From the NCBI GenBank assembly GCA_949282975.1, contig CASDQY010000058.1:5699-69698 (forward strand): a stretch of DNA of 64,000 nt. The letters run 5' to 3'. Positions 1 through 9,939 of the stretch are shown piece after piece; positions within the stretch are counted from its first letter, which is position 1; each line of letters opens with the position of its first letter. The position numbers and the translations under genes were made by a program. The notes under the pieces are model-generated. The model did not search any database, was not told the origin of the DNA, and was given only the letters and a program-made list of their open reading frames with translations. Source of the DNA: an uncultured Oscillospiraceae bacterium. Lineage in GTDB: Bacteria; Bacillota; Clostridia; Oscillospirales; Ruminococcaceae.

Positions 1-464
1 AGCCCATCCCCAAACCGGTGTTGGAGGAGATTGTGCTGGCGGGGCAGTATGCGCCCAGTGCGATGAACCGGCAGAATTGGCACTTCACCGTGCTGCAAAA
101 CCAGCAAAAGATCCAGTCTTTGGCCAAAACCATCGCCCAAACCCTGGGCATGGGGGAGGAATACTGCTTCTATCGTCCCGCTGCATTGATCCTGGTCAGT
201 GCGCCCAAGGACAGCCACAACGGCATTGCCGACTGCGCCTGCGCACTGGAAAATATTTTCCTGGCTGCGTGGAGCCTGGAGGTGGGCTCGGTGTGGATCA
301 ATCAACTCAAGGACATCTGTGACCAGCCGGCTGTTCGGGCCATGCTGGATGAATTGGGTGTTCCCGGGGATCATCTGGTGGGCGGCATGGCTGCTTTGGG
401 GTATTATGAAACTGCGCCCGAAGCCAAACCCAGGGCCGAAGGCACGGTCACCTGGGTGGATTGA
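1..464 (+). CDS. Nitroreductase family protein, 5' end outside window
   Basis: The frame is open to base 1. The translation ...AGQYAPSAMNRQNWHFTVLQNQ...ENIFLAAWSLEVGSVWI fits the flavin nitroreductase pattern. Stop at 462-464. Confidence 0.75.
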   Translation, partial: PIPKPVLEEIVLAGQYAPSAMNRQNWHFTVLQNQQKIQSLAKTIAQTLGMGEEYCFYRPAALILVSAPKDSHNGIADCACALENIFLAAWSLEVGSVWINQLKDICDQPAVRAMLDELGVPGDHLVGGMAALGYYETAPEAKPRAEGTVTWVD

Positions 465-695
465 TTCCGGCCGCTTTCCTTCAAAACAACTGCAAAATTG
501 CGTCCTGCATGGAAAAACATTCCGGCGGGGCGCTTTTTTTTGCCTTTCGAGGAAAAAGCTTCTCTGTTTTGTGCGCTCCCGCCCCCTAGGTTTGGGAAAT
601 TTGTGCTCCTTTCACAAATCTTCCTTTTATTTTCCTCTTTGCTGTGCTATACTGTTACTGTTATGATTTTCAGCGTGAAGGAGGAAGCAGCTGCC

Positions 696-1967
696 ATGGA
701 AAATCAAAAAAGCGTCGATCTCGGCGCTGGAGTTACGTTTCATTGGATTACCGATTCCCGGTTTAAAAGCAACCGGTTGAGTCTGCATTTTGTGCTCCCG
801 ATGGAGGAGCAGAACCGTTCCTGTCGTGCCATTCTCCCTTATTTATGGGTGAAGCGCTGCCGGCAATATCCGGATATGACCAGCCTTGCCTGCCGTTTGG
901 CGGAGTTGTACGGTGCCGGATTGGGCGCGAAAGTGGATAAACTGGGCCAGAACCAGGTGCTCAGCGTGGCGGTTACCGGCATTGACGACCATTTTACGCT
1001 GGATGGGGAAGCCATGCTTTGTGAATGCGCCCAGCTTCTTTGCCGGTTGGTGTTGGAACCTTATTTGGAGGACGGCCTGTTTTCCCGGGAGGATCTGGAA
1101 ACCGAAAAGCAAACCCTTTCCGATCTGATTCAGGCCAAGATCAACGATAAGCGCCGCTATGCCATTCTGCGTGCCACAGAACTGCTGCTCCAGGAGCAGG
1201 GTCTGGACCCCCTGGGCACCCTGGACCAGGTCAGCGCTCTGACTCCTCAGTCGGTCACCGAAGGCTACCGCCAGGTGCTGGAGAGGGGAGAAATTCACCT
1301 GTTCTTTGTGGGCTGCGGCGATCCTTCCTCTGCCCGGGAGGTGTTCCATCAGGCATTGTCCGGCCTGAAGCGCACCCCTCAACAGCCTGCACCCCTGCGC
1401 CGGTACCAATCCGGTGAAAACCGCCGGGTGGTGGAGCATATGGACGTGACCCAGTCCAAGCTGGTGCTCTGCCTTTCTTCCGGCCTGGGGCAGGAAGAGG
1501 AACCCTTCGCCGCCCAGATGGCCGCCGTGGTGCTGGGGGGAACGCCCAGCTCCAAATTATTTTTGAATGTGCGGGAGCGGCTTAGCCTGTGTTACTACTG
1601 CTCCTGCCAGTTGGCTATGCCCAGCGGCATCCTGTTGGTGTCCAGCGGTGTAGAACCCCAAAACGTCGCCGCCGCCCACGATGAGATTTTAAGACAGCTT
1701 TCCCTGCTGCAGCAGGGGGAACTGACCCAGCAGGAGCTGGATCAGGCCAAAAAGGCGGTGCTGAATTCCTATCGCACCGTGGGGGATTCCCTCATGGCGC
1801 TGGAAGGGTATTATATGCAGCGCATCCTCAATCCCGTGATTCGTTCTCCCAAGGCAGAAGCCGAACTGCTCGGTCAGGTCACGGAAGAACAGATCATCCG
1901 GGCGGCCCAGCGGATTGTTCCCCAGCTTTGCTATACTCTCACCGGCCCGAAAAAGGAGGAAGGCTAA
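696..1967 (+). CDS. M16 (pitrilysin/insulinase) family peptidase-like protein, non-catalytic partner
   Basis: ATG at 696 lies ~10 nt after GAAGGAGG. The 423-aa product has M16-like length and architecture but no HxxEH motif. It sits directly upstream of the catalytic paralog. Confidence 0.75.
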   Translation: MENQKSVDLGAGVTFHWITDSRFKSNRLSLHFVLPMEEQNRSCRAILPYLWVKRCRQYPDMTSLACRLAELYGAGLGAKVDKLGQNQVLSVAVTGIDDHFTLDGEAMLCECAQLLCRLVLEPYLEDGLFSREDLETEKQTLSDLIQAKINDKRRYAILRATELLLQEQGLDPLGTLDQVSALTPQSVTEGYRQVLERGEIHLFFVGCGDPSSAREVFHQALSGLKRTPQQPAPLRRYQSGENRRVVEHMDVTQSKLVLCLSSGLGQEEEPFAAQMAAVVLGGTPSSKLFLNVRERLSLCYYCSCQLAMPSGILLVSSGVEPQNVAAAHDEILRQLSLLQQGELTQQELDQAKKAVLNSYRTVGDSLMALEGYYMQRILNPVIRSPKAEAELLGQVTEEQIIRAAQRIVPQLCYTLTGPKKEEG

Positions 1968-1968
1968 C

Positions 1969-3240
1969 ATGGAATGGAATCAGATCCGGGAAGAAAAAAC
2001 CGGCTTTTGTTATTATCGGGGCAAGCACCCCAGCGGTTTGACGGTGCTGCTCTGCCCTATGGAGGGTTATTCCTCCAGTTACGCCCTGTTCGGCACCAAC
2101 CTGGGTTCGGTGGATCAGACCTTTAAGCGGGACACCGAAACGGAATACACCACGGTGCCTCACGGTGTGGCTCACTTTTTAGAGCATAAAATGTTTGAAA
2201 AAGAATACGGCGACGCCTTTACCCTTTTTGCCCGCACCGGCGCTTCCGCCAATGCGTATACCAGCTTCGACCGCACCTGCTATCTCTTTTCCGCCACCGA
2301 CCGGCTGGAAGAAAACCTGGGTTATCTGCTGGATTTTGTCCAGGAGCCCTATTTCACCCCCCAGACAGTGGAAAAAGAGCAGGGGATCATCGGCCAGGAA
2401 ATCAAAATGTACGATGACGATCCCGGCTGGCGGGTGTATTTCAATCTGCTCCAGGCGCTGTACCAAAAACATCCGGTGCGGATTGACATCGCCGGAACGG
2501 TGGAATCCATCTCCCACATCACGTCCGATCTGTTGTATCAATGCTATTACAACTTCTATAACCTGAATAATATGGTGCTTTCGGTGGCGGGGAACCTTAC
2601 CGTCCCCCAGGTGGAACAGGTTTTAAAGCAGCACATTAAACCGGTAGCGCCCGTTACGGTGGACCGCAAAACCGTAGAAGAACCGGAAGAAATTGCCGCT
2701 CCTTTGGTGCGCCAAAAACTCAGCGTAGCGATCCCCCTGTTTCAGATTGGTTTTAAGGGCCGTCCTTTGGAGGGGAAGGAAGAACTGCGGCAGGAGTTAA
2801 AGGATGAAATCCTCCTGGAAGCCGTTTTTGGGGAAACCAGCCCCTTCTACCGCAGACTGTACCAGCAGGGTCTGCTCAATCAGACCTTTGAAACCGAAGT
2901 CTTTTCCGGCCGTGGCTATTACGCCCTGTTGTTTGCCGGGGAGTCCCGCCGGCCGGAAGAAGTGCAGCAGCAGCTTTTGGCGGAATTGGATCAATATCCC
3001 CAGGGCATATCGGAAGAAGCGTTCCGCCGATGCAAACGGCTGCTTTACGGGCGGCAGATTCAGGGAATGAACAGTGTGGAAAACACGGCTTCCGCCATGA
3101 TCAACGCCGCCTTTGCCGGGGTGGGGCTGTTCGACGCCCTGGAACTGCTGGAAGAACTCACGTTGGAAGAGGTCAATGCCCGCCTGCCGGAAATTTTCCG
3201 TCCCGACCGGTGCGCTTTGAGCATCATCGACCCGGCGTAA
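1969..3240 (+). CDS. M16 family zinc peptidase (HxxEH type)
   Basis: ATG at 1969 follows AAAGGAGGAAGG. The 423-aa product carries the inverted zinc motif GVAHFLEHKMFEK. The same-size paired arrangement with the preceding gene is typical of two-subunit M16 peptidases. Confidence 0.85.
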   Translation: MEWNQIREEKTGFCYYRGKHPSGLTVLLCPMEGYSSSYALFGTNLGSVDQTFKRDTETEYTTVPHGVAHFLEHKMFEKEYGDAFTLFARTGASANAYTSFDRTCYLFSATDRLEENLGYLLDFVQEPYFTPQTVEKEQGIIGQEIKMYDDDPGWRVYFNLLQALYQKHPVRIDIAGTVESISHITSDLLYQCYYNFYNLNNMVLSVAGNLTVPQVEQVLKQHIKPVAPVTVDRKTVEEPEEIAAPLVRQKLSVAIPLFQIGFKGRPLEGKEELRQELKDEILLEAVFGETSPFYRRLYQQGLLNQTFETEVFSGRGYYALLFAGESRRPEEVQQQLLAELDQYPQGISEEAFRRCKRLLYGRQIQGMNSVENTASAMINAAFAGVGLFDALELLEELTLEEVNARLPEIFRPDRCALSIIDPA

Positions 3241-3278
3241 TGACCAAAGGAAGCAAACAAGAAGGAGTGTAAAATCGG

Positions 3279-4409
3279 ATGAAAACCGTTAACTTTCCCT
3301 ATCTGGGATTGACTTTTGAAATGAACCCCACCATCCAGGTGTTTGGTTTGGAAATTGCCTGGTACGCCATTATTATTGTAGCAGGCATGATCCTGGCAAT
3401 GTTTTACGTTTACCGCCGGGTGAAGCAGTTTGGCTACGATTTCGACCAGATCATCGAAGTGCTGTTTTTCGGCGTAATCGGCGGCATTGTGGGGGCCAGG
3501 CTATACTATGTGATCTTTAGCTGGGAGGATTATCAGGATAACCTTTTGGATATTTTCAACCTCCGCAGCGGAGGACTGGCTATTTACGGCGGCATTATCG
3601 GCGCCCTGATTGCCGGCATCATTGTCTTTAAGGTAAAGAAGCTTCCCGTGATTCCCTTTTTGGATCTGGCGATGATTGCTTTCCTGCTGGGCCAGGGCAT
3701 CGGCCGCTGGGGCAACTTTATCAATGTGGAAGCTTACGGCGATCCTTCCATTCCCTGCACCAATATTTTCGCCATGGAGGTACCCGGGGTCAGTTCTTTG
3801 GTGCACCCCTGCTTTTTGTACGAATCGGTGTGGTGCCTGCTGGGATTTGTGCTGTTCCATTTCCTGTCCAAAAAGCGCCGGTTTGACGGGGAAGTGGTGA
3901 TTTGGTACTGTATGTGGTACGGTGCGGAACGGGCCTTTGTGGAAGGGCTGCGAGGCGACAGCTTAATGCTGGGCAGCTTCCGGGTAAGCCAGCTGTTGAG
4001 CATCCTGTTGGTGGTGGTCGCCGCAGCGATCTATGTTTATATGCTGATAAAGATCCGCCGCAATCCCGATCCGGAAAGGATCTGGATTTACGCCGATACC
4101 CCGGAAAGCGAAAAGCATCTGGCCGATATGGAAGAAGAACGGCGGGAAGAAAAGGAAAAAGCCCGGAAAAAGCGGGAAGCCCGCCGTGGACGGATGCTTT
4201 CCTCGGAGGAAGTGCACAAAGCCGCCCAGGAAGAATTCGGCGTGGTGCTGCCTGCGGAGGACCAACCGGAAACCGATGGTTCAGCCCAAGAAGCCGGGGA
4301 GGAAGCTGTTTCTCAGGAGGAATCGGATACAGCTTCGCCGGAGGAACCGGAAGCGGATTTAGCACAACAGGAAAATGAAAAGGAGGATACCCATGGCACA
4401 GATCATTGA
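3279..4409 (+). CDS. lgt: Prolipoprotein diacylglyceryl transferase with ~100-aa charged C-terminal extension
   Basis: Multi-TM protein with the Lgt signature [18 protein letters not shown]. The C-terminal tail (from about residue 270) is Glu/Lys/Arg-rich. Confidence 0.9.
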   Translation: MKTVNFPYLGLTFEMNPTIQVFGLEIAWYAIIIVAGMILAMFYVYRRVKQFGYDFDQIIEVLFFGVIGGIVGARLYYVIFSWEDYQDNLLDIFNLRSGGLAIYGGIIGALIAGIIVFKVKKLPVIPFLDLAMIAFLLGQGIGRWGNFINVEAYGDPSIPCTNIFAMEVPGVSSLVHPCFLYESVWCLLGFVLFHFLSKKRRFDGEVVIWYCMWYGAERAFVEGLRGDSLMLGSFRVSQLLSILLVVVAAAIYVYMLIKIRRNPDPERIWIYADTPESEKHLADMEEERREEKEKARKKREARRGRMLSSEEVHKAAQEEFGVVLPAEDQPETDGSAQEAGEEAVSQEESDTASPEEPEADLAQQENEKEDTHGTDH

Positions 4410-5247
4410 TGGAAAACAGATCAGCGCTCAGGTAAAAGCCCAGGTTGCCCAGCAGGCGGCGCAGTTGAAGGAACAGGGGATCTCCATCTGCCTGGCCGTA
4501 GTCATTGTGGGGGACGATCCCGCCAGCCGGGTTTATGTCAACAATAAAAAGAAAGCCTGCGAGCTGGTGGGGTTTGAATCCAGGGAATACGCCCTGCCCG
4601 CCGACACCACCCAGGAAGAGCTGTTGGAATTGGTAAAACAGCTCAATGCCGATGCTGCCGTCAACGGCATTTTGGTGCAGCTTCCCCTTCCCAAACAGAT
4701 CGACGAGCACACCGTCATCCGCACCATCGACCCCCGCAAAGACGTGGACGCCTTCCATGCGGAAAATGTGGGGAAGATTATGATCGGGGATTACCATTTT
4801 CTGCCCTGCACCCCTTCCGGCTGCATGGATTTGATTCACTCTACCGGCGTGGAGATCGCCGGCAAACACGCCGTTGTAGTGGGCCGCAGTAACATTGTGG
4901 GCAAGCCCATGGCCATGCTTCTGCTTCACGAAAGCGCCACCGTCACAATCTGCCACAGCAAGACCAGGGATCTGGCGGAGGAATGCCGCCGGGCAGATAT
5001 CCTGGTGGCGGCAGTGGGTAAGGCCAACCTGATTAAAGGAGATATGGTCAAGCCCGGCGCCGTGGTGATTGATGTGGGCATGAACCGTTTGGAAAACGGC
5101 AAGCTTTGCGGGGATGTGGAATTCGCTTCGGTGGAGCCGGTGGCGGGTTACATCACCCCGGTGCCCGGCGGGGTTGGTCCCATGACCATCGCCACCCTGA
5201 TGCGCAATACCCTGACGGCCGCCAAGGTGCAGAACGGGCTGGCGTAA
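4393..5247 (+). CDS. folD: Bifunctional 5,10-methylenetetrahydrofolate dehydrogenase/cyclohydrolase
   Basis: ATG at 4393 follows [23 protein letters not shown]...[24 protein letters not shown]...[14 protein letters not shown]...[10 protein letters not shown] is a textbook FolD sequence. Confidence 0.95.
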   Translation: MAQIIDGKQISAQVKAQVAQQAAQLKEQGISICLAVVIVGDDPASRVYVNNKKKACELVGFESREYALPADTTQEELLELVKQLNADAAVNGILVQLPLPKQIDEHTVIRTIDPRKDVDAFHAENVGKIMIGDYHFLPCTPSGCMDLIHSTGVEIAGKHAVVVGRSNIVGKPMAMLLLHESATVTICHSKTRDLAEECRRADILVAAVGKANLIKGDMVKPGAVVIDVGMNRLENGKLCGDVEFASVEPVAGYITPVPGGVGPMTIATLMRNTLTAAKVQNGLA

Positions 5248-5272
5248 CAACATTGTTTTGAATCGAAGTTTA

Positions 5273-5307
5273 AGAGGGATGCGCAAATAAGCGCATCCCT
5301 CTTTTTT
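5273..5307 (+). terminator. Rho-independent terminator after folD
   Basis: AGAGGGATGCGC-aaataa-GCGCATCCCTCT stem-loop followed by TTTTTT. Confidence 0.85.
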
Positions 5308-5425
5308 GCCAAATGGAGCAGAACTTTACACAATCTTATCCAAATTCTCATTGCATTTCACCGGCCGCTTTTGTATAATAGGGCCAGGCCAAAAGGTCAA
5401 GTTTTGCTTTACAAAGGAGAACCTT

Positions 5426-6427
5426 ATGAGTCTGGATGTAATTGATTTAACCAAACGGTACGGTGGCAAGACGGTGGTGGATCATCTGAGCTTTTCCATG
5501 CCGGGGCCCGGCGTGTATGCGTTGCTGGGCACCAACGGCGCCGGAAAAACCACCACAATCCGCATGATGCTGGGCATCCTTTCCAGAGATGGCGGCCAGG
5601 TTCTGTGGGACGGCAAAGAGCTGGATCCCGCTGTCTGCAACCTGGGCTATCTGGCGGAAGAGCGGGGGCTGTATCCCAAGTATCCCCTGATGGATCAGTT
5701 GATGTATTTTGCCGGGCTGCGGGGCGTGAAGAAAGACACCGCCAAGCAGCGGATCCGTTATCTGGCCCATCGGCTTCAGGTGGAGGAATATCTGTATCCC
5801 GATGCCGGAAGCGCTTCTCATTCCCTTTCTTATGGGAGCCATAACGTTTCCCGGATCCAACTCCCCGCCCGGCAGAAAAAACAGAAACCCAAGCTGGCGG
5901 ATCAGCTTTCCAAAGGCAACCAGCAGAAAATCCAGCTGATGACGGCTCTTCTTTCCGATCCGGATCTGATTGTGCTGGACGAACCCCTTTCCGGCTTGGA
6001 TCCGGTGAATACCGATCTTTTCAAAAGCTTGATCCGGGAAGAAATTGAAAAGGGAAAGTATCTCATTCTCTCCAGCCATCAAATGGCTACGGTGGAGGAA
6101 TTTTGCACCGACCTTACCATCCTGGATCGGGCCAAGCCGGTGCTTCAGGGTAATCTGAATCAGATCAAAAAAAGCTACGGCCGGGTGAACCTCAGCCTGA
6201 AGGTGGAGCAGGACATTGCGCCTCTGATCCAGGCGTGCGGCGTAACCTTGCTCAGCGAAAAGGAATACGAATATCAGCTCAAAGTCACCGGCGAGGAACA
6301 GGCCAACCGCCTGCTGGCCGAACTCATTGCCCGGCAGATCCCGGTGATTACCTTTGATCTGCGGGAACCGTCCCTCCATGAAATTTTTGTGGAAACGGTG
6401 GGAGGGGAACGCCATGAACTGGAGTAA
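5426..6427 (+). CDS. ABC transporter ATP-binding protein (ABC-2/DUF4162-type)
   Basis: ATG at 5426 follows AAAGGAGA. Walker A GTNGAGKTT, signature LSKGNQQK, Walker B LIVLDEPLSGLD. Its stop overlaps the start of the next gene. Confidence 0.9.
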   Translation: MSLDVIDLTKRYGGKTVVDHLSFSMPGPGVYALLGTNGAGKTTTIRMMLGILSRDGGQVLWDGKELDPAVCNLGYLAEERGLYPKYPLMDQLMYFAGLRGVKKDTAKQRIRYLAHRLQVEEYLYPDAGSASHSLSYGSHNVSRIQLPARQKKQKPKLADQLSKGNQQKIQLMTALLSDPDLIVLDEPLSGLDPVNTDLFKSLIREEIEKGKYLILSSHQMATVEEFCTDLTILDRAKPVLQGNLNQIKKSYGRVNLSLKVEQDIAPLIQACGVTLLSEKEYEYQLKVTGEEQANRLLAELIARQIPVITFDLREPSLHEIFVETVGGERHELE

Positions 6428-7724
6428 CGCTCATTTGGCCGGTACGAAACAGGTCTTTGCTTTTACTGCGGTTCAGTTTCTGAAAAACCGGGCCAATATT
6501 TTCACGTTCGTACTGCTGTTTTTGCTCTGTTTGGTCAGCGCCCCGCTGATGTCGTTGATGTCTTCCGGGGATTCCCAGACGGCCCTACCGGCCCAAAGCA
6601 GCCTCAGTCAGGTTTATCTGGAGGATGAAACCGGCCTTTCCCTGCCGTGGCAGGAATTGGCGGCCCAGGATCCCTTTTATCAAAACACCTCCTTCCTTTC
6701 TGCTTCGGAACAGAATGTTTCCCCATTGGAAAGCAGCCAGGTGTTGGTGCGGCTGGCCCAAAGCGAATCCGGTTTTGCGGTGGAATTGACCACTGCCGCC
6801 GATGCGCCGGAGCAATCCGAGCTGGATTATTTGAATTCTTTTTTTACCCGCCAGCTGCAGTTGGCCCAGCTTTCCCAGGCAGGGATCACCCAGCAGCAGC
6901 TCGCCCTGCTGCAAGGCGGGGTGACGGTGCAGTCCGCTTCGGCGGAGGAGTATTTTTCTCCGGCGGAAGAAACCGATTGGGAAACCGGCTATTGGGTGCA
7001 GATGATCTATTCGGTGCTGGTGCTGGTGGTCAGTATCTTTTCGGTAAGCTACATCATTCGTGCCGTGGTAGAGGAAAAATCCTCTAAGCTGGTGGAGAAC
7101 CTGCTGGTGTCCATCCGCCCTCTGGCTCTGATGTTAGGAAAGGTGCTGGCGGTAATGGCCTGCGTATTCGGCGCCTTTGCGGTTTTGGCTTTGGGCGTGG
7201 GGATTTCTTTTGCAGTCACGGCCTTACTGCTGCCGCAGTTTTCTTTGGCGGGTGTGGGGGATCTTTTCTCCCATCTCTCCCTGGGCTGGGATACGGCGGC
7301 GGTTCTGCTGGTAAGCCTGGCCCTGGGTTATTTGACCTTTGCCCTGGTGGCGGGATTGTCCGGAGCGGGCTGCTCTTCCACCCAGGAGCTGGACGGCGCC
7401 ATGTCCTTGTCCGTCCTGCTGATTATGGCAGGGTATCTGGTGGGGATTTTCCTTTCCACCCTTTCGGACGGAAGCGGTTTTTGGCCGGTGTTTGCCAGCC
7501 TTTGCCCGGTGATTTCGGTGTTCTGCGCTCCGGTGCAATACCTGATGGGAAATCTACCTTTCTGGCTGCTGGCGGTTTCCTGGCTGATTCAGATTGCTGT
7601 GATCGTGTTGTTGGCGCTGCTCTGCGCCAGGGTGTACCAGGCCCTGCTGCTTTATCGGGGAGAGCGGCTGAGCTTTGGCAAAATCCTGTCTTTTGCAGCA
7701 GGGAAAGGAGGTGCCCGCCCATGA
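6414..7724 (+). CDS. ABC-2 type transporter permease
   Basis: ATG at 6414 overlaps the end of the ATPase gene. One N-terminal TM segment, a large extracytoplasmic loop, then 5-6 C-terminal TM segments, as in ABC-2 permeases. Confidence 0.7.
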   Translation: MNWSNAHLAGTKQVFAFTAVQFLKNRANIFTFVLLFLLCLVSAPLMSLMSSGDSQTALPAQSSLSQVYLEDETGLSLPWQELAAQDPFYQNTSFLSASEQNVSPLESSQVLVRLAQSESGFAVELTTAADAPEQSELDYLNSFFTRQLQLAQLSQAGITQQQLALLQGGVTVQSASAEEYFSPAEETDWETGYWVQMIYSVLVLVVSIFSVSYIIRAVVEEKSSKLVENLLVSIRPLALMLGKVLAVMACVFGAFAVLALGVGISFAVTALLLPQFSLAGVGDLFSHLSLGWDTAAVLLVSLALGYLTFALVAGLSGAGCSSTQELDGAMSLSVLLIMAGYLVGIFLSTLSDGSGFWPVFASLCPVISVFCAPVQYLMGNLPFWLLAVSWLIQIAVIVLLALLCARVYQALLLYRGERLSFGKILSFAAGKGGARP

Positions 7725-9085
7725 AAAACCAGTGGAAGGGCGTGGGAAAAGTCTTTGCCTTTACCTTTCGCCATAAGTGGAATGACCGGCGCTGGCGGAT
7801 GGCCACAATTCTGGTCGCAGTGCTTCTTGCCTTGCTGCCGGCGGGCATTATGGCGCTGGTAGAATTGGCTTCCGGCGCACCGGCGGTGGAAAGTGAAAAC
7901 CCGGTGACCCAGATATTCGTGGCAGATGAAACCGATACGGCGCCGGTGGATTGGAATCAGCTCAATGGGTTGGGGGCAGAAGGGTACACTCAAATCCAAT
8001 ACACCCTCTGCGACAGCCCGGAACAGGCCCGTCAACAGGCAGAATCGTTTCCCCACAGCGCCGTTCTTTTGGTGGAGCAGGGAGATACCGGCCTGTCTCT
8101 GACGTTGCTCAGCCCGGAAAATGCCGCTTATCCGGCCGATGAGCTGGCCGGATTGGAACAATTCTTTGCCCGGAATTCCACCTGGATTTTGCTGGAAAAA
8201 GCCGGTTTGGACGCTTCGCAGCTGACTGCTCTGACGGCATCGGTGGAGTCTACTCAGCAGGTTCAGGGAGAGGGGGGACAAACCCTTACCCCCCAACAGC
8301 AGCAGATCGAGATGGTTCGGATGGTATTTTCGGTTGCCCTGCCTTTTGTGCTGATCATGGCGCTTTACTTTATGGTGCTGTTTTATGGCCAGGGTGTGGC
8401 CAATAATGTGCTGATGGAAAAGAATGCAAAATTGATGGACACCCTGCTGTTGGCTGTGCGCCCCACCGCTTTGGTGCTGGGAAAGGTATTTGCTTTGGTG
8501 TGCACCAGATTGTTCCAGCTCTGCCTTTGGGTGGCGGCGCTGGTGGGGAGCTTTGGCGCCGGATGTGCTCTGGTGAAGATGGTCAATCCCATGACCCAAA
8601 ACCCCTTGGTCCTGTTTTTGGACGGTTTGGGAGAGATGGATGGATTGTTTTCTCCGGGGGGCTGGGCCCTGGCTTTGCTGCTTCTGGCAGCCGGGTTTTT
8701 TCTGTATTGCTCCCTGGCCGCCATTGGGGGTGCAGTGGCCGGAAAGCCGGAGGATCTTTCCTCCACCAATCTGCTCTTTACCATGGCGCTGGTGATCAGC
8801 TTTTTCTGTGTGCTTTACGGCGGCGGAATGGATTTGATGAACGCCGGTTCCGGCGGGATGGATTGGATGAACTGGGTTCCCTTTACCTCCATTCTGATTA
8901 CGCCCAGCCGCTTGCTTTTAGGACAGATTCCATTGTGGATGGGGGCCTGTTCGTTGCTCTTGACAGTGGTTTGCTCACTACTGCTGTTGTGGCTGGCAGG
9001 CAGGGTTTATCAGCTTATGGCCCTGTACAAGGGGAATCCGCCCTCCCTGGGGAAATTGTTTGGAATGCTCAAACAGAACAAGTGA
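7721..9085 (+). CDS. ABC-2 type transporter permease (second subunit)
   Basis: ATGA start/stop overlap at 7721-7724, preceded by GAAAGGAGG. Same topology as the preceding permease. Confidence 0.7.
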   Translation: MKNQWKGVGKVFAFTFRHKWNDRRWRMATILVAVLLALLPAGIMALVELASGAPAVESENPVTQIFVADETDTAPVDWNQLNGLGAEGYTQIQYTLCDSPEQARQQAESFPHSAVLLVEQGDTGLSLTLLSPENAAYPADELAGLEQFFARNSTWILLEKAGLDASQLTALTASVESTQQVQGEGGQTLTPQQQQIEMVRMVFSVALPFVLIMALYFMVLFYGQGVANNVLMEKNAKLMDTLLLAVRPTALVLGKVFALVCTRLFQLCLWVAALVGSFGAGCALVKMVNPMTQNPLVLFLDGLGEMDGLFSPGGWALALLLLAAGFFLYCSLAAIGGAVAGKPEDLSSTNLLFTMALVISFFCVLYGGGMDLMNAGSGGMDWMNWVPFTSILITPSRLLLGQIPLWMGACSLLLTVVCSLLLLWLAGRVYQLMALYKGNPPSLGKLFGMLKQNK

Positions 9086-9218
9086 CCGAACCCTTTGGGG
9101 ATTGTTCGGGCCTGCTTTGCGGCCCCAAATGCATGGTCCTGCTGCGGACGGAATGGTGAACGGCCCGGCGGCATACCCGGCCGGTACAATTTTAAAAAGC
9201 ATATCCTATATAGGAGAA

Positions 9219-9258
9219 CGCCCTGCAAGGAAAAAGCGCTTGCAGGGCGTGTTTGTTG
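9219..9258 (+). terminator. Terminator downstream of the ABC operon
   Basis: CGCCCTGCAAG-gaaaaagcg-CTTGCAGGGCG hairpin followed by TGTTTGTTG. Confidence 0.6.
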
Positions 9259-9263
9259 CATAA

Positions 9264-9292
9264 GAAAAAACGACAAGCTTAACACTTGTCGT
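9264..9292 (-). terminator. Terminator of tRNA-Arg
   Basis: ACGACAAG/CTTGTCGT hairpin (9270-9292). The A-run at 9264-9270 reads as a U-run on the minus strand, immediately 3' of the tRNA. Confidence 0.7.
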
Positions 9293-9296
9293 TTGG

Positions 9297-9373
9297 TGGT
9301 ACGCCCGGCTGGATTCGAACCAGTGGCCTACAGAGTCGGAGTCTGTCGCGCTATCCAACTGCGCTACGGGCGC
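9297..9373 (-). tRNA. tRNA-Arg (anticodon CCG), CCA encoded
   Basis: The reverse complement GCGCCCGTAGCGCAGTTGGATAGCGCGACAGACTCCGACTCTGTAGGCCACTGGTTCGAATCCAGCCGGGCGTACCA folds as a cloverleaf: 7-bp acceptor stem, GCGC D stem, ACAGA/TCTGT anticodon stem with loop CTCCGAC, and T loop TTCGAAT. Confidence 0.9.
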
Positions 9374-9404
9374 ATATTCTGCTGCCTTTCTGACAACGAA
9401 AGTT

Positions 9405-9433
9405 ATTATACCATACCGATTTTGAAATTGCAA
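9405..9433 (-). promoter_or_regulatory. Sigma-A-type promoter for tRNA-Arg
   Basis: Minus strand reads TTGCAA (9433-9428), a 17-nt spacer, then TATAAT (9410-9405), ~30 nt upstream of the tRNA 5' end. Confidence 0.55.
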
Positions 9434-9829
9434 GCCCTAATTTTCATTTTTCCCTTCGGCAAAGTTCGGGTGTGTGATAAAGCAGGCCGGAACAGGGGAT
9501 TTCTATGGAAAAACGGCGCAGCGGAGCGGGGTTTCGGAATGCGCTTATAAAATGATGGCACACTGCTTCAAATTCCCGGCAGGCCTTGCCCACACTATAT
9601 ATTCAATCTTCCAAACCGGAAAAAGGGGACAGATTTCCGAAATAATTTTTTCGGTTCGTAGTTTTGCACAAAAACCAGAGAAAAACTTTGGCTTGACCGG
9701 AAAAATCATTTTTGTTATACTTAAAGAGGAGATTTGGTCAGAAATTCTGTCTTTTCCCGGAAGGAATAAAAAAGCTGGTTGCTCTAAAAAGAAATAGTGA
9801 TAAAACTTAACTTTTTTATCAAAAATATC

Positions 9830-9858
9830 TTGCGGGAATCGTTTTTCTGTAGTATACT
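9830..9858 (+). promoter_or_regulatory. Candidate promoter of the MoxR operon
   Basis: TTGCGG, a 17-nt spacer, then TATACT. A direct repeat of TAGTATAC overlaps the -10 element. Confidence 0.4.
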
Positions 9859-9939
9859 ATTTTTAGTATACATTGCGAAATTTATTTCGGAGGAAAAGCT
9901 GCTGCTTTTGCTTTTTCTCCATGGAGGTGTCAACTGGAA

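Noticed and set aside
470-695. Terminator and promoter calls between the nitroreductase and M16 genes
   Set aside because: A T8 run at ~533-541 is preceded only by an imperfect, long-looped stem. A TGcTATACT -10-like element lies near 646-654 but has no convincing -35. The evidence is too weak to list.
3790-5286. 498-aa minus-strand ORF spanning lgt and folD
   Set aside because: It lies antisense to two confidently identified genes. Its Pro/Gly/Arg/His-rich, low-complexity translation is typical of shadow ORFs in GC-rich coding DNA, and it has no RBS or family resemblance.
9297-9373. tRNA-Arg as the prophage or island integration site
   Set aside because: No integrase or direct repeat of the tRNA 3' end lies nearby. 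The prophage boundaries map precisely inside cotJC, 12.5 kb away.
9474-9797. 107-aa ORF in the AT-rich gap
   Set aside because: It has no RBS and an odd composition, and it lies in a region that holds promoters and hairpins. It is not supported as a gene.
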